A stretch of DNA of 45,052 nucleotides from a virus. Taxonomy: Duplodnaviria > Caudoviricetes. Below, piece by piece: positions 1 to 9,510 of this stretch (positions are counted from its first letter, which is position 1; every line of letters begins with the position of its first letter). Location: positions 1 through 45,052 of the IMG/VR virus record IMGVR_UViG_3300025296_000029; one strand, 5' to 3'. The position numbers were made by a program, and so were the translations under genes. Below the pieces are notes generated by a model. That model ran no database searches and was not told the DNA's origin. It saw nothing but the letters and a program-made list of their open reading frames with translations.

Positions 1-1
1 T

Positions 2-1762
2 GGTGCGATGAATGGAACGGCTGGAGATGCTGATGACGCACCAGCTTCTACAGATAATGTATTTGTAGGATATGATGCTGGTGGTGGAGATTGGGCAGAT
101 GATGAGGATTCCAACTTTAATGTAGGCGTTGGTAATTATGTAATGGATGCCGCTATGGATGGGGCATTAGGTAATGTTGCAGTAGGGCATCTGGCGGCAA
201 GTGCATTAACGGATGGAACTAATAATGTTTTTATTGGGCGTCAAGCTGGTCACGAAGGTAATAATTTTTCAACAGGCGATAGTTGTACTTTGATTGGTGC
301 TTATTCTGATGCAAGTGGAACTAATGGTCAAAATCAAACAGTTATAGGATATGATGCAACAGGACAATCTGACCAATCAGTAACACTTGGCAATACTCTT
401 GTAACTGATGTGTATATGGCATCGGATAGTGGAGCTACGGTTCATTGTGAAGGTATTTCAATACAGAATACGTCACTTGATACGGCTGACGGTAAAACCT
501 TTTTTGACTTTGATATTACAAAGTCAGCTGGGGCAAGTGACAAAGGTGATGCTTTTACTTTTATTGATGCATCCCTTAAACATCATGATGCTGGACAAAT
601 ACACGGTGTTTTAACTGGTATAGCCATGTCCACTTATGCCCAAAGTGGAACTGGTGATTGTGGTGCATTATATGGCATTTCAAATACTGTTCGTGATAAT
701 GCAACAGATGCTGACCTTGGTTATGGTATCTACAATGCTATTACTTGGGATGGTTCAAGCGGATGTGATACTGATGTCGCTGGTATATATACTAAAACAT
801 TGATTGATACAAGTGGTACTATCACTGGTTCTGCCTATGGACAATTCACTTATGTTGATGTTGATGATGCAACATTGAGTGCAAGTATTTATGGTCATTT
901 TCTGAAAATTAACACTGCAGAGACTCCAAGCACCAAGATACATGGATTATATATTGAAATGGCTGGAGGTGCGACATACGCTACAGATGATACTTTTCTA
1001 ACTTGTTATGATAATGAGATTGGTGATACAGTTGCTCAAATTACCGCCCTTGCTGGAGTTGCTACTTTTGATAGTGGTGATTTCTCTGGTGCTCCTGACT
1101 ATGCAGAGTATTTTGAATCCAAATCTGGTTCTGCAATAGCAATAGGCAAAACAGTAAAATTAGATGGTGATAAGATTGTAGCCTGTTCTGATGGAGATAC
1201 TCCGATTGGTGTGGTAAGACCTAAATGGTCATCTTCGGTTGTTTGTGGTTCTGCTCCACTTCGTTGGGCAAGTAAATATCTGAAAGATGATTATGATGAA
1301 GTCCAAATGGAAGAGTATTCCCATATTAAGTGGGATGAAGAAGTTGATTCAGATAAATATCATTCCCGACATCTAGAAAGTGATGAATACTACAAAGTTG
1401 AAGGCAGTAAAGCAGTTCTTTATACAGGAGAAGATGAACTACCAGAAGGAAAAGAAGTTGGAGATGTGAAAATTGCCGCAGTCACAGATACATTTTTCAG
1501 GGAACATTGTTATCATTCAGACAGGATTCCAGAAGGAATAACTGCTCCAGATGATGCTAAAACAGTAAAGGCTGGCAGTAAACGTAAAAAACTAAATCCA
1601 GACTTTGATGAGTCTATTGAATATTTACCTCGTAAAGATAGAGATGAATGGTGTTTGATTGGTTTACTTGGACAGATTCCAATAACCAAAGGACAGCCGA
1701 CAGGCAGTTGGATTAAGATGAAGGATGTTTCTGATACAGTAGAAATGTACTTTGTTAAATAA
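2..1762 (+). CDS. Tail fibre/spike protein (5'-partial) with C-terminal intramolecular chaperone (Peptidase_G2-like autocleavage domain)
   Basis: Frame is open from the window start. N-terminal N-x-x-(V/I)-G-x-x-A repeats are typical of trimeric fibres. The C-terminal GAPDYAEYFE...PIGVV...IGLLGQIPI pattern matches phage tail chaperone domains. Confidence 0.85.
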   Translation, partial: GAMNGTAGDADDAPASTDNVFVGYDAGGGDWADDEDSNFNVGVGNYVMDAAMDGALGNVAVGHLAASALTDGTNNVFIGRQAGHEGNNFSTGDSCTLIGAYSDASGTNGQNQTVIGYDATGQSDQSVTLGNTLVTDVYMASDSGATVHCEGISIQNTSLDTADGKTFFDFDITKSAGASDKGDAFTFIDASLKHHDAGQIHGVLTGIAMSTYAQSGTGDCGALYGISNTVRDNATDADLGYGIYNAITWDGSSGCDTDVAGIYTKTLIDTSGTITGSAYGQFTYVDVDDATLSASIYGHFLKINTAETPSTKIHGLYIEMAGGATYATDDTFLTCYDNEIGDTVAQITALAGVATFDSGDFSGAPDYAEYFESKSGSAIAIGKTVKLDGDKIVACSDGDTPIGVVRPKWSSSVVCGSAPLRWASKYLKDDYDEVQMEEYSHIKWDEEVDSDKYHSRHLESDEYYKVEGSKAVLYTGEDELPEGKEVGDVKIAAVTDTFFREHCYHSDRIPEGITAPDDAKTVKAGSKRKKLNPDFDESIEYLPRKDRDEWCLIGLLGQIPITKGQPTGSWIKMKDVSDTVEMYFVK

Positions 1763-1774
1763 CAAGGAAATATA

Positions 1775-1855
1775 ATGGAAAGTTTAATTATGGTTGGAGC
1801 TTTGATTATAGTCTTTTTAATGGGCTACGCTTCACACAAGATTTTTGGCAAATAA
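1775..1855 (+). CDS. Small single-pass membrane peptide (26 aa, MESLIMVGALIIVFLMGYASHKIFGK)
   Basis: AAGGA upstream, one hydrophobic helix, fills the intergenic gap; below the ORF-track cutoff. Confidence 0.5.
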   Translation: MESLIMVGALIIVFLMGYASHKIFGK

Positions 1856-1875
1856 CAAACAAACAGGAGTTACAA

Positions 1876-2139
1876 ATGGCTAAAGTAAAAGACAACGAAC
1901 AGCAGCCTGAAGTAATAGACAGCGAACAGAAATCGCCTGTTTTAACTTTGGATGAAGTAGAATATGATGTATCTGATTTTACAGACTATCAGAAGGATAT
2001 ATACAATGATATTCTTAACTATCTCGCCCAGCAACAACGGTTAGAGAGATGGAAACAGGGACAGGTACATATGCTTCGAGTATCACTGAATGGTGAAGTT
2101 GAAGAAAAGGTAGAAGAAGAGGTAGAAGCAGAGGCATGA
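1876..2139 (+). CDS. Small acidic hypothetical protein (possible fibre assembly helper)
   Basis: AGGAG RBS; lies next to the tail fibre gene. Function inferred from position only. Confidence 0.6.
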   Translation: MAKVKDNEQQPEVIDSEQKSPVLTLDEVEYDVSDFTDYQKDIYNDILNYLAQQQRLERWKQGQVHMLRVSLNGEVEEKVEEEVEAEA

Positions 2140-2585
2140 TTATTAGAAGGTGTAGTCAGGGTCATCGAGTTCGTGTTCATAGGAACACTACTCCTGGTGC
2201 GACAAGAGTAAAGACTTATCCCGATGATAGTGTCGAGACTCTGACTTACCCTTCGTCTTATAAATACTTTGTGGATGTTGATGGTACTGTAGTTAAGCGT
2301 TCAAACAGTTTTAAAACAATAGAAGAATTCTATGTTGATGAATGTGCAAAGAAGCACGGTGATGGACATGGCAGGTTCTTAATTGGTAAGCATCATATAA
2401 TTAATGGTGTAGCTACTTTACAGTCTGATTATCCATCTTCTTCAAATACAAAGAATGAGATAAAAGATTTTTATGATAAGCGTGGTGTATCTTATGGTGG
2501 CAGTGAGACTAAAGCAGAACTGCTGTCAAGGATAGTTTCTATGTATCAAAACAATGCTGAAGTATCTAAACATTTAAAGGCTTAA
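2136..2585 (+). CDS. Hypothetical protein with C-terminal HeH/LEM-like helix-extension-helix domain
   Basis: TKNEIKDFYDKRGVSYGGSETKAELLSRI fits the HeH/SAP pattern; ATGA overlap with the upstream gene. Confidence 0.6.
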   Translation: MIIRRCSQGHRVRVHRNTTPGATRVKTYPDDSVETLTYPSSYKYFVDVDGTVVKRSNSFKTIEEFYVDECAKKHGDGHGRFLIGKHHIINGVATLQSDYPSSSNTKNEIKDFYDKRGVSYGGSETKAELLSRIVSMYQNNAEVSKHLKA

Positions 2586-2586
2586 T

Positions 2587-2877
2587 GTGAATCCAATTAG
2601 TAAAGTAATACAAAAGTTTATACAGCCTCCCTGGATAGACAAATGGACTTCAGTACACATGGCTGCTGGGGCTTTTATCTGTAAGGTAGCGTTATGGTGT
2701 GGAGCTTCTGATTTCTATGCTGTAATGAGCGTATTTGCCATTGGGGTTGTATGGGAAGTAATGGAATGGATAGTTGAAGATGGCTGGAGACCTTATGGTA
2801 GCCGTTCTAACTGGGCAAAGAATACAATTAGTGATCTGGTTGTAGAAACAGGACTGGCGTTATGGATGGTATTATAG
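2587..2877 (+). CDS. Small membrane protein (VanZ-like pattern)
   Basis: DKWTSVH...WEVME...NTISDL motif spacing with 2-3 hydrophobic helices. Confidence 0.55.
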   Translation: MNPISKVIQKFIQPPWIDKWTSVHMAAGAFICKVALWCGASDFYAVMSVFAIGVVWEVMEWIVEDGWRPYGSRSNWAKNTISDLVVETGLALWMVL

Positions 2878-3053
2878 GTGATTCCACAAAAATACTTAAA
2901 CCTAAAGTATCTGAAAAGATACGGATTGAAACTCCAGTTGGAGCAATTGAATCTGATTCTGGCAATCATTTAATAGATGGATTAACGGTAGTAATAATAA
3001 TTTTAGTGTTATATGCAGGAAAAAAACTTGTGGAAAAGGTGATTAATGGATGA
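2862..3053 (+). CDS. Hypothetical membrane protein
   Basis: C-terminal hydrophobic helix; overlaps its neighbours operon-style. Confidence 0.55.
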   Translation: MDGIIGDSTKILKPKVSEKIRIETPVGAIESDSGNHLIDGLTVVIIILVLYAGKKLVEKVING

Positions 3054-3312
3054 CAAAATATTGATGGCTATAGTTGGAATTATTGGAGGTTTGATAACAT
3101 TCCTCCAGAAAGTTCTCTATGGGCAGGGTAAATCTAATTATGAAATCATTGTCAAACTTATTGACAGATTCAATAAATCAGATGAAAGATTCAAGGCGAT
3201 GGAAAGCAGAGTAACTGAAGCCGCCGAAAGACGGCACGAAAAACTGGTTGATGAATTAAATGATTTAACTGATGATATGAATTTTATTAAAGGCAGGATT
3301 GATAAAAGATGA
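3046..3312 (+). CDS. Holin-like protein (N-terminal TM + coiled coil)
   Basis: Topology and position upstream of the endolysin. Confidence 0.5.
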   Translation: MDDKILMAIVGIIGGLITFLQKVLYGQGKSNYEIIVKLIDRFNKSDERFKAMESRVTEAAERRHEKLVDELNDLTDDMNFIKGRIDKR

Positions 3313-3512
3313 ATCATAGAGAGTTGGAAGAATACAGAGATGATTTAAAGAGCAGGATAGTAAGGATTGAAACTATAGTAGAGCGTAGCGAAAGAGAGCT
3401 ATGTAAACTTAATAGTCGAACTTCCAAGATTGAAAGCTGGAGAAGCTGGATGATTGGTGGTATGGCAGGACTTGGATTAGTAATAACATTAATAGGAATA
3501 GGAGTGTTATAA
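3309..3512 (+). CDS. XhlA-like coiled-coil + C-terminal TM protein (lysis cassette)
   Basis: Heptad pattern followed by a Gly-rich TM helix; context. Confidence 0.5.
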   Translation: MNHRELEEYRDDLKSRIVRIETIVERSERELCKLNSRTSKIESWRSWMIGGMAGLGLVITLIGIGVL

Positions 3513-3808
3513 TGGAATGGTTAGCAGCAAAATTAGGAGCATCAGCAGCTCAATACGCAGCTGGAGGTGCCGTAGCTGTTGGAGTTGCATGGGCATTGAA
3601 AAAGATACCAAATGCTACAATTAAGGCAAAGTTTGGTTTGCTGATGTATGGTGCAGGAGTTGCTTGTACTTTAGGATTAGCAAAATTTAAATGGACAAAG
3701 AAGGTTTACAATAAGACAATAGAGCCGTATATTGTAGATGCTATTGATAATATAGTAGCTCACGGAATACAAGAATTTGTTCGTGGTTTAAGATCAGATA
3801 ACGAATGA
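3512..3808 (+). CDS. Putative holin / membrane protein
   Basis: Two hydrophobic segments, GGAG RBS, directly upstream of the endolysin. Confidence 0.5.
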   Translation: MEWLAAKLGASAAQYAAGGAVAVGVAWALKKIPNATIKAKFGLLMYGAGVACTLGLAKFKWTKKVYNKTIEPYIVDAIDNIVAHGIQEFVRGLRSDNE

Positions 3809-4257
3809 AAGAAGACATAAAGAAGATCATAGATTGGTCTCTTGATAATCTTAGTATGAATAGTAAAGATGCATCCAGTTTGGTGTATAGAACTGGAATG
3901 GCTGAGTCAGGTTATAGGCATCTCTCTCAAATGGGGAGTGGCCCAGCTGTTGGATTCTTTCAGGTAGAACCAGCAACAATAGATGATACCTGGAATAATT
4001 ATGCAGTATACAGAAAGCCGATAATGGCTGTACTCAAGGATATGGGTTTTGATCCAGATGATTCCAGAATGAGAGTAATGTCATCTATAGCATTACAGGC
4101 AGCATTTTGCAGGTTGAAATACAGACGTGACCGTTTGGCTATACCTCCAGCAGATGATATCCATGCACAGGCTGCATACTGGAAAAGAGTTTATAATACT
4201 GTACTTGGTAAGGGATCAGTAGAACATTTTATTAAAGCAAATGAGGAAAGTGCATGA
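3805..4257 (+). CDS. Endolysin, lysozyme/transglycosylase-like fold
   Basis: AESG (catalytic Glu)...AVGFFQVEPAT...AAYWKRVYNT..GKG pattern of phage lysozyme-like proteins. Confidence 0.75.
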   Translation: MKEDIKKIIDWSLDNLSMNSKDASSLVYRTGMAESGYRHLSQMGSGPAVGFFQVEPATIDDTWNNYAVYRKPIMAVLKDMGFDPDDSRMRVMSSIALQAAFCRLKYRRDRLAIPPADDIHAQAAYWKRVYNTVLGKGSVEHFIKANEESA

Positions 4258-4316
4258 TAGATTATGAATGGGTATCCACACCAAGCTGGTATTGGATAGA
4301 AGTAGTTTATGCCTAA
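4254..4316 (+). CDS. Possible 20-aa micro-ORF (MIDYEWVSTPSWYWIEVVYA)
   Basis: Start overlaps the endolysin stop (ATGA) and the stop overlaps the next start; GAGGA upstream. Confidence 0.35.
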   Translation: MIDYEWVSTPSWYWIEVVYA

Positions 4317-7300
4317 GCAAGTTTTAAAGCTTGAACAGTTTCATGGAGGTTTGAGTACTAACTCAGATCCAAGGGATGTTGCAGTAAATGAGCTTACTGC
4401 AGCTACAGATGTAATGGTAGATGAATTAGGTAAGATTAGAACTTTAGGTAGTACTGCTAATCATGATGCTACTCCTTCTACTGCTATTCAGATTTACCCT
4501 GGACATGGGTTATTTCAATTTAGTCATGACAGGATTGGTGGTCATTTAGGAGAGCATTTAGCTAGTGGTGGTGATTTTACTACTGGTACTAAATGGACTA
4601 GGACAGGGGATTTTGCAATAGATTCAACTGATGCTACATATACACATAGTAGTGGAGCTGGTACAATATATCAAAGTACTGCTAATCGTTTGGAAGAGGG
4701 AGTAATTAATGTTACTTATGCTCTTAAGTATACAATTAGTAGTTGGAGTAATGGAAGTATTACAGCTTTTAGAATTAAGGGTACTGGTTCTCAGTTTGCA
4801 AGAGCAAGTGCAAATTTAGAACAGTCTAATGGAACACATATTACTACTTTCACATCTCATGCTTCTGATGCTGATCAGCCTTTTACAATAGAAGCTACTT
4901 CAGATGGGACGGCATCATTTAATATTGATGACCTTTCACTTTATATATATGATGCTGCAGAGACTGGCGATGACTATTTAGTATTAGCAGATGCTGAATC
5001 TAGTGATTCTGCTATTTATATATATAGTAAGAATCAGGATGCATGGAGTCTGTCTCAGACCATTACTTTAGGTAGCTCTAATAATCCGAAGACTACTTTT
5101 TATACTGTAGATGGAGCATTAAGAATAAGTGATGGAAATTTTGGATCTACCAATTCAAACAAGTGGTATGGATATATAAAAAGAGATTTATTTTCTGATA
5201 TATCACCTTCTTATGATATTAACCAGTGGTATGTGGCATCCCAGAAAGTTTCTGCTCCGAATAAGTCTACTTGGGATGATGATGCTACGCTTGCTGCTGT
5301 TTATGGTTCTACATCTACTCAAGCTGGTACTGGATTAAATGATCAAGATGTTGATATTGGTCGAACTACTCTTGTAACAGCTACTGTTGCTAATGTAACA
5401 AAAGCTGAGGTAAATTATACATATACAGTACTTATCCCAGGTTCTACAGTTTCTATAGAATTTGAGGCTGGTACTTATATTTCAGCTTTTGTTGCTTCTG
5501 ACACACATATTATTGCACAAGAAAGTGTGGGAGCTGGAACTTATACTGGACAAATAATTTTTTATCCTGATCCAGCTGAAACTATTACAGATGGAAGTGT
5601 TACATGGACTGATTTTAGGGTAAAGATTAATTCAGCTACAGGTGTTTCAACTTCTGGTATAACAAATTTAAAGTGTTATGAATTAGGTGCATTACCTGAT
5701 CATTCTTCTAAGCTTTCTAATAATAATGTTCATATAGATTTTGACTGGGAAACTGCTGTTGGTGCTTCTGGATGGAATAATGTTGGTAATACTGGTGAAT
5801 GGAAGATTGGAGTAACTTTTATATATGATGGAAAACAGGAAAGTCAAATTACTACTATTGTAGATACAGCTGATGCACTTGTATCTAGTTTTGTAGTTCC
5901 TGGTAGTCTTGGGGTTACAGCAGCTCCATCTATTAGGTTGTTTATAGCTGATTTTCAAACAGTATCAACTGCATGGAATAAAAGAATAACTGGATGTAAT
6001 ATATATATGCAGGATGTTGCTCAAGATATAACACAACCTTGGTTTTTACAGTTGTCTGCTGATTTTGAAAGTGGAAAACTGAAGGTTGAAAGTTCTCAAA
6101 AGGAATATGACGCAGTTTATTATGCTGAGAATACTCAAGAATATTATTATTGGGAGGTTGGTGATGGATCAACAGATGGATCTGTTATGTTGACTCCTGC
6201 TAATGTTATTACATATGGAATCAATTCAGGTTTATTGGAAAATGAAAAAAGTGTTTTATCTAAGTATAAAACTGCAGTTGTTGTTGGAAGAATAGTGTAT
6301 ATTGGTGGATTGGAATTTCAAAATGAAGATGGATCAAGAGAAGTGAGAGGAGATGCTATGATTAAATCTCCTGTTAATAAGTTTGATCTATTTCCTTTAA
6401 GCAGATTAATTGAAGTTACTGTTCAAGATGGTGATAATATAATAAAGCTTGAAGAGTATGCAGATAGGATATTGCAGTTTAAAAAGAATAAAATGCATTT
6501 GATAAATGTATCACAGGAGTTGGAGTTTTTAGAGGATACATTTGTACATAAGGGAGTATCTCATCCTGCAGCTACTTGTAAGACTGATTTTGGTATAGCA
6601 TGGGTTAATAAACTTGGATGTTATCTGTATGATGGTCAGAAAGTAACTAACTTACTTGAGAAACAGGGTAGGCAGATAATAAAAGAAAGTGAGTGGGCTA
6701 CATTTACTGCTAATGATCCTATGATTGGTTATGTTCCAAAGAAAAGACAGTTGATTGTTGTAGATGACATTACTACAGGTGACGGTACTAATGATGGTGA
6801 ATGTTATATATATGATCTGGTGACTCAGTCATGGATTCGAGGATTTGCTGCTACTTTTGCTGATCAGAAGAAAACAAACTTTGTTACAGACTGGAATGGA
6901 GATTTAGTACATGCTCATACAAATGGTACTATATTAAAATGGGATGATGCTAGTGATACTTCAGCTAAAATTAACTTAATGACAAAAGATATAGATTTTG
7001 GACAACCTTCAGTAAGAAAGAAGGTTTATAAAGTATATTTAACTTATAGGGGAGATGCTAGTCATGTACAAGTACATTATGGTGTAGATGGTCTTGCTCC
7101 TGCCTCAACCTTTTTTGTTACTAATGCTGATGGTACTACGACAGGAGCAGGAGCAATTCCTAAATGTATAGCTCATGATGTAGACACTGATGATTGGGTT
7201 AAAGCTGAATTAAAACCTGGTGCCCCTGTTAATAATATTTCTAGTTTCAGGTTAAAGATAAGTGGTGACGGTTCAAGTGCTATTGCTGCAGATTTTGAGA

Positions 7301-7344
7301 TTAATGATATCTCGATAGTGTACAGATTAAAGAATATAAAATAA
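4309..7344 (+). CDS. Tail nozzle / head-stabilisation protein (P22 gp10 / T7 gp12-like position)
   Basis: N-terminal FHGGL..N.DPRD, beta-rich propeller-like body, C-terminal TKDIDFGQPSVRKKVYKVY...FEINDISIVYR, as in podovirus tail proteins. Confidence 0.7.
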   Translation: MPKQVLKLEQFHGGLSTNSDPRDVAVNELTAATDVMVDELGKIRTLGSTANHDATPSTAIQIYPGHGLFQFSHDRIGGHLGEHLASGGDFTTGTKWTRTGDFAIDSTDATYTHSSGAGTIYQSTANRLEEGVINVTYALKYTISSWSNGSITAFRIKGTGSQFARASANLEQSNGTHITTFTSHASDADQPFTIEATSDGTASFNIDDLSLYIYDAAETGDDYLVLADAESSDSAIYIYSKNQDAWSLSQTITLGSSNNPKTTFYTVDGALRISDGNFGSTNSNKWYGYIKRDLFSDISPSYDINQWYVASQKVSAPNKSTWDDDATLAAVYGSTSTQAGTGLNDQDVDIGRTTLVTATVANVTKAEVNYTYTVLIPGSTVSIEFEAGTYISAFVASDTHIIAQESVGAGTYTGQIIFYPDPAETITDGSVTWTDFRVKINSATGVSTSGITNLKCYELGALPDHSSKLSNNNVHIDFDWETAVGASGWNNVGNTGEWKIGVTFIYDGKQESQITTIVDTADALVSSFVVPGSLGVTAAPSIRLFIADFQTVSTAWNKRITGCNIYMQDVAQDITQPWFLQLSADFESGKLKVESSQKEYDAVYYAENTQEYYYWEVGDGSTDGSVMLTPANVITYGINSGLLENEKSVLSKYKTAVVVGRIVYIGGLEFQNEDGSREVRGDAMIKSPVNKFDLFPLSRLIEVTVQDGDNIIKLEEYADRILQFKKNKMHLINVSQELEFLEDTFVHKGVSHPAATCKTDFGIAWVNKLGCYLYDGQKVTNLLEKQGRQIIKESEWATFTANDPMIGYVPKKRQLIVVDDITTGDGTNDGECYIYDLVTQSWIRGFAATFADQKKTNFVTDWNGDLVHAHTNGTILKWDDASDTSAKINLMTKDIDFGQPSVRKKVYKVYLTYRGDASHVQVHYGVDGLAPASTFFVTNADGTTTGAGAIPKCIAHDVDTDDWVKAELKPGAPVNNISSFRLKISGDGSSAIAADFEINDISIVYRLKNIK

Positions 7345-7345
7345 T

Positions 7346-7837
7346 ATGCCGATAACAAAGTCAGAAAGAATTGCCAGGAAACTTGGTCATACAAAACAGG
7401 AAAGACTTCAAGTTCAAAATGGTACTCCTGCTATTAGTAATATGGAAGAAGGTGTTCCAGTTTTAAGTTATGTAACAAATACAGGATTGACTGAATTTAT
7501 CAGGCATAAGAATGTTCTGCATAAAAAGGTATTAGATAAAGCAAAGGATATAGCTGGTGGTACATCTGAATCTTTTGCTGATGATGGGTATGTTAAGTTT
7601 TCTAATGGTTTGATTTTTCAATGGGGTCAAGAAACAGTTAGTGCAACTACGGAAACAGTTACATTTCCCATAGAATTTCCAACTGCATGTTTAAATGTTA
7701 CAGCAACATCTTATGTTGTTGATACAGATGGACAGACTCACTCACCAGGGATTAATACTCTACCTACTACAACTCAAGTTATATTAAATACTAAAAGTAG
7801 TTGGAGTACAATATTTTGGCAGGCAATAGGACATTAA
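7346..7837 (+). CDS. Tail-associated protein with gp53-like C-terminal fibre domain
   Basis: GYVKFSNGLIFQWG...VTFPIEFPTAC...FWQAIGH is the typical tail-fibre C-terminal motif. Confidence 0.75.
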   Translation: MPITKSERIARKLGHTKQERLQVQNGTPAISNMEEGVPVLSYVTNTGLTEFIRHKNVLHKKVLDKAKDIAGGTSESFADDGYVKFSNGLIFQWGQETVSATTETVTFPIEFPTACLNVTATSYVVDTDGQTHSPGINTLPTTTQVILNTKSSWSTIFWQAIGH

Positions 7838-7857
7838 TAAAAGTATAGGAGAATAAT

Positions 7858-8403
7858 ATGCCAACAGACGAAAATACGAACTCTCTAATGCCTCTCATGC
7901 CTGAGCTCCAATGGGATCCCTCTATAGGATATGGAAAAGGATTACAATTACTTAAGTATGATGTAGCTTTAGAAGATTATCAAGAACAAAAACTTTATGA
8001 AAGGGAACTGCTATTAGCGGAGAAGAAAGCTAGGGAAGAATCTGAAAGCAGTTCATTATGGTCTACTCTAGGTTCAATAGCTGGAGCAGGAATTGGTTTA
8101 TTTGCAACAAAATCATTGAAAGGTGCAGCAGTAGGGTCTACAATAGGTGGTGAAGTAGGGAAATGGGGACAAAACATATTTGTTGGGAGACATTATGATC
8201 CAGAAGATTATGCTTTAAGTACTGATGTGGGTAGGTTTGATGTAAAACAGAAGTATGAAATTGAACGGATAAACCAACAGTTTGCAGCGGCAGCAGAAGC
8301 ACAGTACTGGAAAGATTGGGCTGGTACAGGAAAATCATTAGCTACTCTTGGTTTTCTAAAGGGAGATACAGGAATAGAGTGGCTTGATGAATTCCTTACT
8401 TGA
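7858..8403 (+). CDS. Putative ejection (internal virion) protein with glycine-zipper
   Basis: GSIAGAGIG...GAAVGSTIGG zipper; position after the tail genes. Confidence 0.55.
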   Translation: MPTDENTNSLMPLMPELQWDPSIGYGKGLQLLKYDVALEDYQEQKLYERELLLAEKKAREESESSSLWSTLGSIAGAGIGLFATKSLKGAAVGSTIGGEVGKWGQNIFVGRHYDPEDYALSTDVGRFDVKQKYEIERINQQFAAAAEAQYWKDWAGTGKSLATLGFLKGDTGIEWLDEFLT

Positions 8404-8414
8404 TGAATTGCTTA
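8383..8414 (+). repeat. 16-bp tandem duplication (cttgatgaattcctta / cttgatgaattgctta)
   Basis: Two adjacent copies with one mismatch, spanning the stop codon at 8401-8403. Confidence 0.85.
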
Positions 8415-8459
8415 CTGGTACTCCAGAAACAACAGTTTAAGGGAGAAAAAGGATAGATT

Positions 8460-9341
8460 ATGCCACAGTGTAGTGATTATGGAGAAGGATGGGCAGGTGA
8501 ATATCCTAATTGTACATATCAAACACCTGGTTTTACGGGGAGTGTTGAAAGTCTCGGATATGGAGGATTACTTCCTACAGATATTGAAGGAAGACCATAT
8601 GAAGACTATTTTGATCCTTATGATCCTACTCAACAACAGATGGCTGAGACAGTTGCTGGGACAAAAGTTGGTGCTGCAGAGAGTGCTTGGTCTTTGCAAC
8701 AAGAACAATTAGGTGAAGCTGCTGCATTGAAAACAGGACAATTAGGAAAAACTTGGGGATTACAAAGAGGTCAGCTTGGATGGGGAGCAGGAATGGGGGT
8801 TAGCGGAGCAAGAAGAGCTGGTATAGGTGCAAAAAGAAAGAGTGAATTTGCATTTTCTGGAACAGCAGAAGAAATGCAAAGAACTGCTGAAGCTGATGTT
8901 ATGACAAAATATAGGGGAGGTATAAGAGCAGGAGAAACAGCGTACCAACAAGCTTTAAGAACGACAGAAACTGGTTTGCAACAAGCTTTAAGAACTGGGC
9001 AGTTAGGCTTGGAACAGGAGATAACAGATATATTTCAGCAATTGGGACAAGATGTATTAGGATTTCAGCAAGATTGGCAAGGAGGTCAACAACAGACATA
9101 TTTTAATCTTCTTGGTCTAGGTTTAGACTGGGGAGATGCTGGAGGAGGGCCTGTATATGATGATCCAAATTGTTTTCAAAATTGTATAAATGGAGGTGCA
9201 TCAGAAGATTATTGTGAAGTGAGTTGTGGAAATCCTGCTCCTTCTGATCCTCAAACCTGTGCTGAACAAGGTTTGGTAGAATGTACTGATCCGAATGCTA
9301 ATAATTATGGTTTATGTGGACCTTGTGATTATGGCGAATAA
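8460..9341 (+). CDS. Putative ejection protein, Gln/Gly-rich helical core with Cys-containing ends
   Basis: 11-residue periodicity (GQLG..., QQALRT x2); position in the ejection block. Confidence 0.55.
   Translation: MPQCSDYGEGWAGEYPNCTYQTPGFTGSVESLGYGGLLPTDIEGRPYEDYFDPYDPTQQQMAETVAGTKVGAAESAWSLQQEQLGEAAALKTGQLGKTWGLQRGQLGWGAGMGVSGARRAGIGAKRKSEFAFSGTAEEMQRTAEADVMTKYRGGIRAGETAYQQALRTTETGLQQALRTGQLGLEQEITDIFQQLGQDVLGFQQDWQGGQQQTYFNLLGLGLDWGDAGGGPVYDDPNCFQNCINGGASEDYCEVSCGNPAPSDPQTCAEQGLVECTDPNANNYGLCGPCDYGE
8946..8995 (+). repeat. 17-bp direct repeat caacaagctttaagaac (33-bp period, coding)
   Basis: Exact copies at 8946-8962 and 8979-8995. Confidence 0.85.
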
Positions 9342-9510
9342 AGGATTAGGAGATACAGTATCCAATGTCATTAAGAAAGTTTCTGGTGGCAGGGTAAAGG
9401 AATGTGGAGGCTGTAGCAAAAGACGTGAGTGGCTGAATGATAAGGTATCATATACTAGACGTAATGCTTTAAATGCAATTGATAAGATTCAGAATGGAAA
9501 TATAAGATAA
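9331..9510 (+). CDS. Small phage protein with GLGD...CGGC..RR..LN motif
   Basis: Start taken at MANKGLGD, overlapping the upstream stop. Confidence 0.6.
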   Translation: MANKGLGDTVSNVIKKVSGGRVKECGGCSKRREWLNDKVSYTRRNALNAIDKIQNGNIR

